A stretch of DNA of 62,805 bases, counting the filler, from Choristocarpus tenellus KU-1152 (lineage: Eukaryota > Protista > Phaeophyceae), in the NCBI GenBank assembly GCA_964200185.2. It is 6 parts of 6 records of this genome, joined end to end, with 100 filler letters (N's around TTAATTAATTAA, not from the genome) between each part and the next. Parts side by side here need not be neighbours in the genome. Positions count along the whole stretch, not along the records: positions 5,421 to 19,222 come from CAXNAD020001364.1; positions 19,323 to 40,006 come from CAXNAD020000382.1; 4 more parts are not named here. One strand, given 5' to 3'. A program made the translations under genes and the position numbers. Shown here one piece after another: positions 11,401-23,182 of this stretch (the first letter of the stretch is position 1; each line of letters begins with the position of its first letter). The notes below the pieces were generated by a model, which was not told the DNA's origin, did not search any database, and worked only from the letters and a program-made list of their open reading frames with translations.

Positions 11401-14400
11401 ATAAAGTTCCAAAAATTTTCATTAAGTTTTGTTAAGGACCCAAAGTAACTGGGGGGGGGGGGTCTACACCAGGGTGTCCATTTGGGCCAAAGCCAGGAAA
11501 AGTCCACCTTCAATATCCATCCAAGATTGGAACCAAATCACCCAAAAATCGCGACATGAAAAATTTGCCCCCAATGGACAGCTGCCACCCCCCCTAGATA
11601 CTTTGAGCCAGGGTAAAAAACGGACGCCGGCACCCCCCCCCAGATACTTTGACCCTAAGGTGCCACTGTCGTATGTTAGGTTTCATTAAGGCCTGCATGA
11701 GTAATGAGCAATGAGTAATGAGCCACCATGCCAAAGTAAAGAACCTGACAAGAACAGTCCATGCACTACCGCAGTATTCATGTTGTTCATGTCAGGTTGT
11801 ATATTAGATATTAATAATAGTGATACTACTAATAATAAGATAACAAGAAAGCAAAAGAGGAAAAAAAGGTAGACAGGAGAGTCGGCTTGCAAATATTTTG
11901 CTCCAAGTGATACTTGCAAATACTAGAGACACAAAAATTTGCACCATGCCCTAGTAGCTTTATCTGCAAAGCTCCAATTGACAAGAATTCACCCATTTCC
12001 TCATGCAGTAAGCAGAGAGAGAGAGAGAGAGAGAGAAATGCTGCCAGGTGTACCACCTTCACCCTAAAGTCTGACATCAACATATCCCTTGCCATACCTG
12101 TGCAACCTTTCACTGACATATCACCATTTCCTCCACACCAACCAGCCCACCTAAGGCCCATCCCTCTGCTTGTTCAATCTTCTCTCCCCATAAAATCCCT
12201 TCCTCCACCCTCTCCCACAACAAGCCGTCTTGATCCCCTATTAGCATCATACCCCTTCTCACCTTCACAGCATCCTCTACACTCAAGGAAGGCAAAACCT
12301 CATCCCGGAGCCAAGTCTCCAAGGGCCTCAATGGAGCACCTGCTGGCAAAAGTCCAAGCTGCTTGTGTACCTTGGCTGCTAAAAGACCCCTCTGGTCCCC
12401 TCCCCCCTTCACACCCACACCCACCTTGGCCTCACCTCCCTTGTGTTTCGTAGTCTGGGATATACTAACCCGCCCATGCCGACGCCAGATCACTGCCACT
12501 GTACTCACATCTCCCCCCTTCAGAGCCTTGGACAAGAATTCCTCAAGATCACACTCTCGGAAGTGGTGCCAATGTACCACCCATCTAATGCCTCTGCAAC
12601 TGTCACCAAAACCATTACCAAAATCACTACCAACTCCTCCACGAGTGAGGCAATCTACTGAGGTTCTGTTTGCCCCTGTCCCCCTTGTAACAGTCCTTGT
12701 AACATCCTGTAGTTCTTTGTATTCCATTTCCTCTCCTTCCTTGTCCTTCCTCAAAGGAAAGGTTTCCATTGGGTTGTCCAGGGTTTGTTTATCTTCTCGG
12801 AGATGACCAACCTCTCGAATGTTATATTCAATCCCTCCACCTGTTGCTGTTGCTGTTGCTATTAGCTGGAAGGTGCAGAGGCGGGCAAGGACAGCAGCTA
12901 CTCGGGGAAGGAGCAGTTCTCTCACCTCTGATGATCTGGGGGCCAAGGATTGAAGGTGAGCCTCAAAGATCTGTCATTGTGCATTGAGTACACCATTCAA
13001 TACACCCATAAAGCAATTGATGGCACATGAGTATTGCATTAGATACACATCGAGAAGGGGGAGGAGGAAGGGGAAATATTGCAAGAGTCGCATCAATTCA
13101 TATTTTACAAGTGACTCAAATCAAATGACCTCCAGGATACTCTTCAGCACACACAAGAGGGAAATCACTATTGCAACACTATCACGACACTATCACGACA
13201 CTATCACAACACTATTACAACACAATCACAAGAAAAAAAAAGAGGCAAAAAACACCTCGTGACACACGCTGTGTCCCTTTTCCCCTTCCAATCCCCCATC
13301 ATGCCCATGCAAAGAACCCCTTGCAACAGGAACAACATCCAAAGAAAACAGAAGAGGGACTACTGATAGCCCCCCCTTTCTCACTGCCTCTGTCCTCTAT
13401 CTCTCAAGCATGGGTTGTATCACTCACCCTCAATACTCTTTGTGTGTCACCAAGAGAAGGAAACCGAGCCGCAGCAGCCTCTTGGCACACCTGGTCCAGC
13501 GCCTCGATGGTGTTCAGTGCCATGAGCAGGCGTTCCACTTCGGAAAAAAAATTCTCACTTAGAGAAGGTGTTTGCACATTGCTGGCAGGGGAGGTAGCAT
13601 TTGAACAGACCTCACCACTATCGCCCTCAGCATTTTCACTGACAGCTTCTGGATCAAGTTGTAACAGTGGTTAACCGCAGCAGGTATGAGGAGAAAGAGA
13701 CATTAATTCTTGGCAATTTAATTGTAAGACACAGGGGTTGGGGGGGGGAGGGGGGGGGGGTGGAAGGGGACAGAATAGTGTGGTAACTGCCTCATTGGGT
13801 GGAATGAGAGTGAGTCAGAGACAGCTTGAGGAGATTGTGACTGTGATGAGGGCTAGGGTTAGGGTTAGATGCACTAACCAATCCAAATTTTATTGGTTAT
13901 TAGTTTGCATATCTCAGACAAGACTCATAGAACACGATCGCAGAACACAAACTAACTTTTTAGTCTTCAATACACACATCAAGATCACTTTCTGGACAAG
14001 AGACAGTAAGGACCAAATGACCCTGAGCACCTTACACCACCTTGGACAAGAGATGCCATAGAGTGAATGATGTTAGAGAAATTAATAATGTTTGCTGGAC
14101 AAAGGACATTCAGTGAGTGCAACAGATGTATATTTTGGCAGTTGTCATTATTAGTATTATTATAGAATGTCTTTGCTCAAAATGATCAAACAAATGTAAA
14201 AAACAATAATGGTAATATACATATATATATAAGTCAAACCTTGTTCTCTAAAACAGATCTACATGTATATAATAACTATAATAACCCAGAGCAAAAGGGC
14301 TCAAAAGTTTGCTGGACAACAAATCCTATACTTCCAAGGCGATTGTACTTTGGTGTTGGTATTACACAGACAACTTATGTTATACACAACTTATGTTATA

Positions 14401-17400
14401 CACATCTTGTGTTAAAGACAACTTATGTTATAGACAACCTATATTATACACAACATATATTATGCACATCTTATATTATACACAGCTTATGTTATAGGCA
14501 ACTTATATTATACACATCTTATATTATACACCACTTCTGTTATACACAAACTATGTTATAGACAACTTATATTACACACTACTTACGTTACACACCAAAA
14601 CTGCCCTAACACTGCAAATGATATGTTCTGCTATGGCTGATAAAGGTTGCATATGGTAAAATATTTCGGGGTAACGCCAGCACAAGGCAGTGATAATTGG
14701 TGTGAGGTGTGGAGATATAACAATCAATCCTGTGTATCCATTTGAGGGATACCAAGGTGTCAAGGGTAAAGGGCTGCCATTGCAAAGTCTATGGACCATT
14801 TAACCTACATCCACTACCAGTTGCACAAAGTTTCTCTTCTTTCCTTCAAGTTCCCACCATTCAAATGATTTTGTGAGGCATGCCCTTGGATTTGCAGATT
14901 CACATGCCCCACAGGAGCATACCAATTCTGTAAGAACTGACTGTAAGAAGAGACAGTGTGTCTCTCCACCAACGGAATGTGTCTATACCCTCTTGTGGAT
15001 TTGCAGTATATGCTTGTTTAGGCTGACTATACTATATATGTGTATGCTTGTATAGGTTGATTAGTTTAGTTTATCAAGAGTGAGACTGTTTTTTTCTCAG
15101 AATAGACAACCATATAATATAATATAATAACAAAATGACAAGCTCTAGAAAAGAAAAATCAACACCAACACTGAAGACATTTGTATGAAAACCTTGATCA
15201 AGGGCTACAGCTCACTTCAACATCCCCCTCTCCTCTCCTACAGTCCATCCTCAGTGTCAACCCAAATCATACTGCCAATCATGGAACTCCAACACACCTC
15301 AACCCCTCACTGATGCACATTGTCTCCCTAACAAGGGAGGGTTAATCACAACACCTATTTGGCACAGTGTGTTTCAGACAGTGTATCAGTACATTAACTC
15401 ACGATCAAGGGCATACTTGGCAAGTGAAGGACCTTTTCTTTTTTCTTTTTATTTTCTTCTCAAACTCCACTCCCAACTATCAATAATCAACATTCCAATT
15501 AAACATCAGCAAAGTAGTACCAAAATCAATAGTGCAGCACACCATCAATCGTAACCCTAACCCTCAACTATTTCCCTCTATCCCTCTCACTCCCCCACAC
15601 CACTCCCCTCCTCAACCAGCCACATTCACCATCATGATATCATGATCCCTCATCCCCAGCCCCTTTCACACACCATTCCCAGCAACACATTACCCAATAC
15701 TACCTGAGGATGAATACTCCCCTGCACATAGTTAACCAACCCTTACTCTACCCTCACCTGTCACCAATGATTGTGTTGTGGCTGTAGCCTCCCTAAAAAG
15801 AAATAACAGGTGAGCAGAGTGTACTATGCCCTCATCCATGGAACACCCCCTGGCTACTTCCAGTGCACGTGTAAACTCCCCTGCAGACAGCAAGGCTCTT
15901 AGGCGGTGGCTATGTACTGCCTCCCTCCCAAGGTGGACAAGCACAGTGCCCTCATCCGCATCCACAGGGTGACTGGGGTTATTTTTTGTCCAATCAGAGG
16001 TAGTAACACCCAACGGTGGAGAAATAATGTAAGGCTCAAGTTTTGGGGAGGGGGGGGGGAGGAAGAGAGTGGAGAAGGAAAGGATAATGGATGGGGAGGA
16101 GTGCAAAAGGGGATTGAGGCAGGGGGGGGGCATGTAGTACTGGTATCGGCACGATGATGACAAAACATGATTTGCTAAAGATGTGATTGAGAAGACAGAC
16201 ACCTGTGTACATGTCACATGGGACAGCAGACAGCAGACAGCAGACACACCATGTAGGAACATACCTAACACACCATGCAACACCAAAATCTCGTGTAAGC
16301 AGAGGGTGACATGTCTAGCATAAAAATATGTATCATGCAAATACAACCTGGTCATTCAGTTGTGATTACTCAAAAGGCAGCTTAGCATGTATTAAAATAA
16401 AAAAGTGTTGTAGCACATTCGAGACCAAACAACCAAGCTGACAAAGAAACCAAATTAAGGTCTGCTTCTGAAAAGCTAACTCGTTTGATATGATATCATA
16501 CGTAGGAATAGGACTCTTAGAGGACAATAAGAAAGAGCATCAGACTACTGACCAATTGAAAGGTGAATGTATGGAACAAAAAAAAAAGAGCCCAGTATGT
16601 GCAGCAACTGAGCACAGTTTGGAAGGGATCGACACTTGAATGGTCAACTGCAAGAAAATAATAGTAACAGTAATTCCAAAAAAGGTAGAAATAACAAAAA
16701 ATAGAGGTAATCATCTTAAGAAACAGAAACAGTAAGAAGAGCAGTAGAAATAATAATAATAATAATAGTAGTAGTAGTAGTAGTACTAATAATTGCATCT
16801 GTGGTGACCCAAAATTGCACCAAGAAGAAGGTGATTAAGCAACACCACTGACCATGACAGCAACAGGAACTTGTTAAGGGAAGAGGAGGGTGCAGTCAGG
16901 ACAGCTCCAACCCCACCCATGTCTGCTCGGAATAGCTCTTCCATCCTCCTGCGCCCAATCTGAAGCACTCGTACCTCCCCCCCTTTAGAGACGCATGCAA
17001 CACATGGCCCACGGTTACCTCCTCCAGCCCCTTGACCTCCACCACTGCGGCTGACATTTGCAACTGACCTTGCCACCCTGCCACAGTTGGGGAATGCCTT
17101 CTCAGCTCCTGCCACCACTGCCCCTGCCCCTGATCCTGCTGGCCCTGCAAGCATCACCATTCCAGAGATCTGGAAGGTGTTGGATGGCCACTCCCAGCGA
17201 CTCAATCGAAGCAAGGTCATAGCGTCCCATAAAGCAATCCCGCCCCTGCATAGCGTCATGCATAAAGGGTATGAAATAAGAAAATAGGTCAGAGAGGATG
17301 CGTGATTGGCTGTACAGACAGAGCAGAAGGGAGAGTGAGTGAGTTGGTGGGAAATTGAGGGCAGTTGGGGCTTGGGGGGAGGGAGGGGTGGGTGGAAGGA

Positions 17401-17998
17401 GAAGCTCAGGATCAAGCAAATACAGGTAAATATAAAAGATGTAGTATCGACTTGGGAAGTTGAAGCAAAATTTGTGAAAATGTTCCAAATGTTTGTACTC
17501 TGCCTTGTCAAAATTTTCACTCAGAGATGAAACATGTTTTATTTATTGGAAAGCACATGTGTGACCAGGGGATGACCGAGGGAGGGGGAGGGGGAGGGGG
17601 AGGGGGAAGGGGAGGGGGATATGAAATGCAAAAAAGGGTGAGAAGTCAGACACTCCAGAAAGGACATCATGAACATCTTATCTTGACAACATGGTACCAT
17701 GTATGAAGTGTATGACATCGTACGACATTGTATGGCATTGTACTGGCCTGAGGGGATCAAATGCACAGACAAATGTGTAACATTGCAATGTACACAGACT
17801 TCACTGTAATCACTAGTAAACACTCACGAAAAACCAAAGTACTTTCCTCCTCCAAGCCAGACCCCCACCACACCTGTCATCTGTAACAACAAGCCAACGT
17901 CCATCCCCTGAGAGCTGCACAGCAACAGCACTGCCACCTCCAAATAGCACCTTGCCTGTCACAGCATCTATCTGTCTCATGGACAGTTCACCCTCCCC
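5435..17998 (-). CDS. KNTC1: Kinetochore protein ROD/KNTC1 homolog, partial, multi-exon (approx. exons 17875-17998, 16850-17245, 15758-15965, 13428-13675, 12300-12990, 10848-11072, 8290-8410, 7592-7692, 5435-5531)
   Basis: Order and motifs match KNTC1/ROD as I recall them: beta-propeller-like GDGRWLVVTDDR/GGIALWD; HRLRALLSAGEFTRALEVARGCSMD (cf. RLLHKHRFAEAESFA..FGLD); GDVSTVAVIWRRH..LETWLRDEV; WAEKYARGVE; CHRLCLSLTEFEKLHKEGVIFRVLDRV (cf. YNCKLALSDFEKENTTTIVFRMFDKV); PDLLPLEISYHVVPLARHYGMDPDAVLLDYIQ. Both gene ends are missing and several exon borders are approximate. Confidence 0.8.
6456..6915. repeat. 12-bp variant minisatellite in a KNTC1 intron
   Basis: About 38 variant units such as aatagtcacact, aataatcacacc, aatagtaacact; gives low-complexity ORFs 6383..6775, 6446..6796 and 6456..7007. 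Confidence 0.95.
9183..9253. repeat. 16-bp tandem repeat (TATTGTACTCTTGTAG) ~4 copies
   Basis: Direct reading. Confidence 0.9.
10394..10501. repeat. 20-bp tandem repeat (CTTGTCACTCTTAGTGTTGT) x5
   Basis: Direct reading. Confidence 0.95.
11262..11430. repeat. Degenerate 30-bp AT-rich tandem repeat
   Basis: Units like tttcattaagtttcatagagttccaataag, ~5.5 copies, abutting the MITE at 11437. Confidence 0.8.
11437..11655. mobile_element. MITE family B copy with TAAG TSD
   Basis: Imperfect TIRs GACCCAAAGTAACTGGGG / CCCCAGATACTTTGACCC. TAAG at 11433-11436 and 11656-11659. A third, internal TIR-like end (CCCTAGATACTTTGAGCC) ends at 11609. Confidence 0.85.
14363..14592. repeat. Degenerate 18-bp tandem repeat (ACAACTTATGTTATACAC-like)
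   Basis: About 12 degenerate copies in a KNTC1 intron. Confidence 0.85.
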
Positions 17999-18651
17999 TT
18001 ACCATAGTATTGGTACACAATACCGATGATAATGGAGAAATGGGTTAACAGTAACCACAGGAAACAGAGGAGACGTCAATGGGGGGGGAGGGTAGTGGAC
18101 TGGGGGGAATTTTTTTGGTGTGTGGTGTTTAAGTAGGCGTTTGCCAACAAAAGCTAACGTTATTTGTAAGTAGGTGTTGGTCATGTAGACAGGAAGCACT
18201 GTAGTTGTTTGCTACCAATTTACTGCCCTAGTAGTAGTACAAAAAAATCATAGGTACATGAACTGCTGTTGATTGAGGTGTAAAGCTGCCTCTTTGGATT
18301 GACAATTTCACTTGCTGTTCAATTTGCACCTCTTTTGTGCCTACACAGTATCCATCATTCCCAACACTATGATATAGTCATCATGTGTTAAGTAGTTAAT
18401 ACACTCAAGTTAATAAAATCAAGTCAATATTATGAACCACAAAAGGTGCAGTAATTGATCAAAATAGATGAAGCAGGGTGTAGCATCTCAAAAAGAAGGT
18501 TAATCAAAGAGAGCAGAAAATACGGGTGCATCCAAGACATCAACATGCATCATACATTGCAACAAAGTTAAGTACAACACAACAAAGTTAAGTACACCAA
18601 TCCAGTCGATAAGTGAGTAACTCAGTCAGTCAATCCAAGGTATGGTAGCTG

Positions 18652-19222
18652 TGAGAAAGGTTTGGTAGTGGTGTGATGATTGAAAAAAGGTTTGGTAGTG
18701 GTGTGATGATTGAGAAAAGGTTTGGTAGTAGTGTGATGATTGAGAAAAGGTTTGGTAGTAGTGTGATGATTGAGAAAAGGTTTGGTAGTGGTGTGATGAT
18801 TGAGAAAAGGTTTGGTAGTAGTGTGATGATTGAGAAAAGGGTTTGGTAGTGGTGTGATGATTGAGAAAAGGGTTTGGTAGTAGTGTGATGATCGAGAAAA
18901 GGTTTGGTAGTAGTGTGATGATTGAGAAAAGGGTTTGGTAGTGGTGTGATGATTGAGAAAAGGTTTGGTAGTAGTGTGATGATTGAGAAAAGGTTTGGTA
19001 GTAGTGTGATGATTGAGAAAAGGGTTTGGTAGTGGTGTGATGATTGAGAAAAGGTTTGGTAGTAGTGTGATGATTGAGAAAAAGGTTTGGTAGTAGTGTG
19101 ATGATTGAGAAAAGGTTTGGTAGTAGTGTGATGATTGAGAAAAGGTTTGGTAGTAGTGTGATGATTGAGAAAAGGGTTTGGTAGTGGTGTGATGATTGAG
19201 AAAAGGTTTGGTAGTAGTGTGA
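18652..19222. repeat. 30-bp minisatellite (GGTTTGGTAGTRGTGTGATGATTGAGAAAA) ~19 copies, runs into the gap
   Basis: Nearly perfect head-to-tail copies with no spacers. Confidence 0.97.
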
Positions 19223-19322
19223 NNNNNNNNNNNNNNNNNNNNNNNNNNNNNNNNNNNNNNNNNNNNTTAATTAATTAANNNNNNNNNNNNNNNNNNNNNN
19301 NNNNNNNNNNNNNNNNNNNNNN
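19223..19322. other. Artificial contig-join spacer
   Basis: N44-TTAATTAATTAA-N44. Confidence 0.97.
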
Positions 19323-19402
19323 ACCAAATCACACCAAAAAAGTGAAAATCGAAAAAAGGGTGAAAAACGGACGCCGACACCCCCCCCCAGATAGTTTGAC
19401 CC
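19323..19402. mobile_element. MITE family B end, truncated by the gap
   Basis: AAAACGGACGCCGACACCCCCCCCAGATAGTTTGACCC; reverse-complement match to the first ~80 nt of the 43836-44017 copy. Confidence 0.85.
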
Positions 19403-19821
19403 TGATGAACCACTCTAACCCTACCAGGGTTATGGCTGTGGGGTTAAAAGTCAATACCACAACAGGAAATTGACACTGAACATCACGGAGGTAATCCCTG
19501 GTGGAGGGAGGAAGGACTGAAGGGCAGACAGATCTGATAAGTAACTTTCCCTCTGACTCTAAATCCATCAGAGGATTATCAAGAATGTTCCTCACAAACT
19601 GTTTCAGAACAAAAGCAGAACATTTCCCGAGCAGCTTCATTCCCAAAGCGTATGGTAAATTAGACTCAATAGTATCTTTAAAAAAAACCTTGTTCGCCAC
19701 AGTACCTAAACAAAGCTATTCCTATAGCAACATTGAAGTAAATCTTGAGTGAGAAAGGACTGACTGCTTGGAATGATGCTACAAGAAAGTTTGAGATACA
19801 GGAGTATTTCCGCGTACTAAC

Positions 19822-22692
19822 CTTGTTTTCCTCGCCTTCCAGGGTCTGGAGCACCTTCAGTACCTCCACCCAACGAGCTGCCTCCTCCCTTGCACTAGCC
19901 TGCAAACAAGTTGACAAGATGGGCAAAATATATTAAGGCACCTGATGTGGCATGAAAATGGTAAGGAATAAGATAGTGAGGTACATCCAAGATGTACTGG
20001 GAATCCTCGCAGTTGGGCTTCAAAGGTACAAACCAAGACAAGATGATTGGCGCATTTAGTTCTGTTGTATTTACGATCTCAAAACAATTTCTCAGAAAAT
20101 TCTAGCCCAACAAAGAAAAACATCAAAGAGGTAATACACAAAAAAAGGAAATGACCACACATTAATAAATTTTTATGAAAACAGAAAAAAAAGCACTTTC
20201 TATGGCAGTGCACATTGAAGACGATATATCCAAGGAGTCTACTTGCCCAATTTATATTTTATTTGGCCTCTTGCCAGGAAGACAAGGCAGGCCTTCGCAT
20301 ATATGTAATGAATACTGCCAGATAAAAATGAGTAAGACCTCAAGGCCACAACAAGATCAAATGCATAGTACACATACCTTACATAATATGTTGCTTTAAA
20401 GTTGTGGCACAGCATCTCAATGAATATCACTACAACTGACAGATGTCAATACTACAGTGATAACAGAGTATTTAGCTTGTCCAACATGGGTGTGGCGGTA
20501 CTCCAATAGTAGTAGTCTAGTATCTATTGGGAACAACACCACATAAGGCTAAGGCTTCCAAGCAGGTAGTCAAGAGAGCAATAGAGATGTTCAAGACAAA
20601 AAACTGAGATATAGTTCAGACAAAATGCACGCCAAAATAACAGGAAAAATACATCTCTCCCCTCTCTCCCCCAGACCCTCGTCTTACCCTCATGGTGTAT
20701 ACACGATCATTGAGCTCAATGGTGAAGAGACATCCATCGTTGCTATCCTCATCATCTTCCTGGTCCTCCTCATCACCTGGATCCAGCAGCTTGATTTCAC
20801 CCACCTGAGGAAGGTTGAGAGCTGCCAACAGCTTCTCCATTTTCTTTGTCTGAAAATAAAAAAAATTGTGACGAAAAAGACACAAAATTTACAAATAAAA
20901 AAAAACGAACATCACTACTGGGCAGAAACACCTCGCAAATGAGAGATACCTTTCTCACATCAGTCAAAAACAAAGGGGCAGGTCAAGGTGAAGGACACAA
21001 TTTTGACACATGAAGTGTCAACTATGCAGCGAACTTATCATCTGGGTCAGGTAAAAATTAGGGTAGAGAACTGGTATGATTATGGCAGATCTTTCAAGCT
21101 ACAGATGATGTATCATTCATCAGCAATATACATCTCAGCTTGAGCTAGGTCTGCAAGATTAGATGCAGTCCTCTCATGTTCTAGGTCAAACCATGTCAAC
21201 ATGTCAGTAATGCAGTCCAGAGAGTATCTGCAACGAGGTGAGGGCTGTGAATGTCATATTTTTGGAGGGGTTGCAGTAATATCTGATTGAACCTGGCCTA
21301 TCCTCCGCCCCTCCTTCCTCAGACGCTGTCCCAAGGGTGTAGTTGTTGATGTCGAGAATAGATTTGATATCATAATTGATATCATAAGTTCGATTTGTAT
21401 CAAAAAATTAAATTAAAAAAAGGATTATCGTGTGAGAGTGTCAAGATCATGGTCGATTTACCATCAGGTAGATGATGAGAACAAGGGGGTAAGTACAGGT
21501 CAAGAAAGAAGTCAAACGTCTTACGGATCAAGCTGAATATCACCCTCTCTACCAAAACCATAACCCGCACCACAAAGGAGGCAACTAATACATTATTTCA
21601 TTCTTAACAATTTGGAGTTGCTGCAGGTAGAAAACCCTTGGAAAAGGTGATCAAATGCACTCGTTTGGTACAGTGTGGCAATGTCACTGGTAGATCCTGC
21701 TTCCCAAATCTATCGTCAGCGTGTTGGAGATAAGATGATAGCCCTCAAGTGGTGGGAGGTTCACCATTCTTCAAGGACTCATCAGGTTGGCCTATAAACG
21801 TGAGTAGTACAAACCCTATTTGACAGAGACAAAAAAACACTACACATCACATCATTGTGCTCCAGGTGTCACACTATCTTCTTGTTGTATCCAGGCCAAT
21901 TATTGGTTTGACCTATGTCAGGTATGGCACCAAAGCACGATCTCCTACTTCCTGCCCAACGGCTTCTCACAATTGGTGTTAGGAAGTTGAAAATACTATT
22001 ACATTGTACAATGTAGAAGGCATATTTTTTGCGTACTTTTATCTGGGGTCTCATGAAAAATACTAAGATGGTCGAGGAATCTGAACGAACGAACCTTGTA
22101 GTAGGTGAGATAGTGTGCATTGGTCTCGAACCATCTCTTTTGCCACTTGCCCGTCTTGGCCTTCTTTTGAAGGTAACCTGTAGGGATAGATGGGTGCAGC
22201 AGAGAGTTATCACAAGTCCCACGCACGGACAGGGTAGAAAATTCGGGTTCATGAACAGGTTAACTGATGCTTTGCAACTAGCAGGCTTGCTCAGCATGGT
22301 GTCAATCGGTTGATCTAACCCATAGTGATACACGTTAGAAGTCCCATTATTCAACAAGGGTGGTCATATGTGGAAGCGAGTCCGCCAACAACACCAAATT
22401 CTAGCCCGACTGATCTATTATCCACTACTCAAGTAGTGGGTAAGACTGATACAAGGCTTTTTTCGGTTAGGGGGGGCAACGACCAGAAACTCAGAAAAAA
22501 GAAGGGCGGGAGGAATGTTCACAACAGAGACAAGCACAACGGTGAAAGCGTACTTGCTATATGTCTCAGATATATCGAAGCAAACGACTAACTATTGGCA
22601 AAGTGAGCAAAGAAATCAAGGCGAAAATTGGCTTGAGTTGAGAACACACAGGCGTACTCACCGCTCATCTGTGGAGGTCCTCCTTGATCCAT
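19822..22692 (-). CDS. PH-domain protein, 3'-partial; exons 22662-22692, 22095-22177, 20688-20849, 19822-19899
   Basis: Spliced product: MDQGGPPQMSG-YLQKKAKTGKWQKRWFETNAHYLTYYK-TKKMEKLLAALNL..FTIELNDRVYTMR-ASAREEAARWVEVLKVL, with canonical PH beta1/beta2 and the C-terminal Trp helix. All introns are GT-AG with consistent phases. Confidence 0.88.
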
Positions 22693-23182
22693 CTTTTCCC
22701 GCGTTCTACCACCCTCACAAAGTGTAATCGAGATGTGGTAGCCTAACCTACGTCAAAGCCGTAAGCCAAATTTTTTCCCACAAAGTTAACAGGACCTTTC
22801 TATGCCAGCGGTAAATCCTAACCCGAATGGCTGCCCTTCGAATAAGACCCTCAAAAAAGTTAGAAATCTGGCTTCCTCAACCTGAGGTTGGCCGTTGCGA
22901 AAACACCGTCCTGAACAGTTTCCCAATAAACCGTTCAAAGTAGACCTTCCTACAAAGTTCACCGGTAGGACGACAGATCTTTCAGAAGGAACCTACCGCT
23001 CTATGTCCTAGGGTACACGCTTTACATTTGGGTAGTCTCCTCTTTAGATGCCATCTTTTGTCCTAATGACAACACGTGGGAGGCGTTATGAGGTTCCAAT
23101 TTCCAACTATGCAAAATTGGTATTGATGGAACCACCATATCCTTGTTGTGACCACAACCTCACTTGAGTAGGAGCCCTAAAA
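22693..23182. promoter_or_regulatory. Probable bidirectional promoter (490 bp between divergent ATGs)
   Basis: PH-gene ATG at 22692 (-) and STE24 ATG at 23183 (+); CpG-richer than neighbouring introns. Confidence 0.6.

Noticed and set aside
11914-13674. Long plus-strand ORFs (11914..12453, 12363..12806, 13171..13674)
   Set aside because: They are antisense shadows of KNTC1 exons.
18652-19222. CRISPR-like 30-bp repeat array
   Set aside because: Units are head-to-tail with no unique spacers, there are no cas genes, and the context is eukaryotic.
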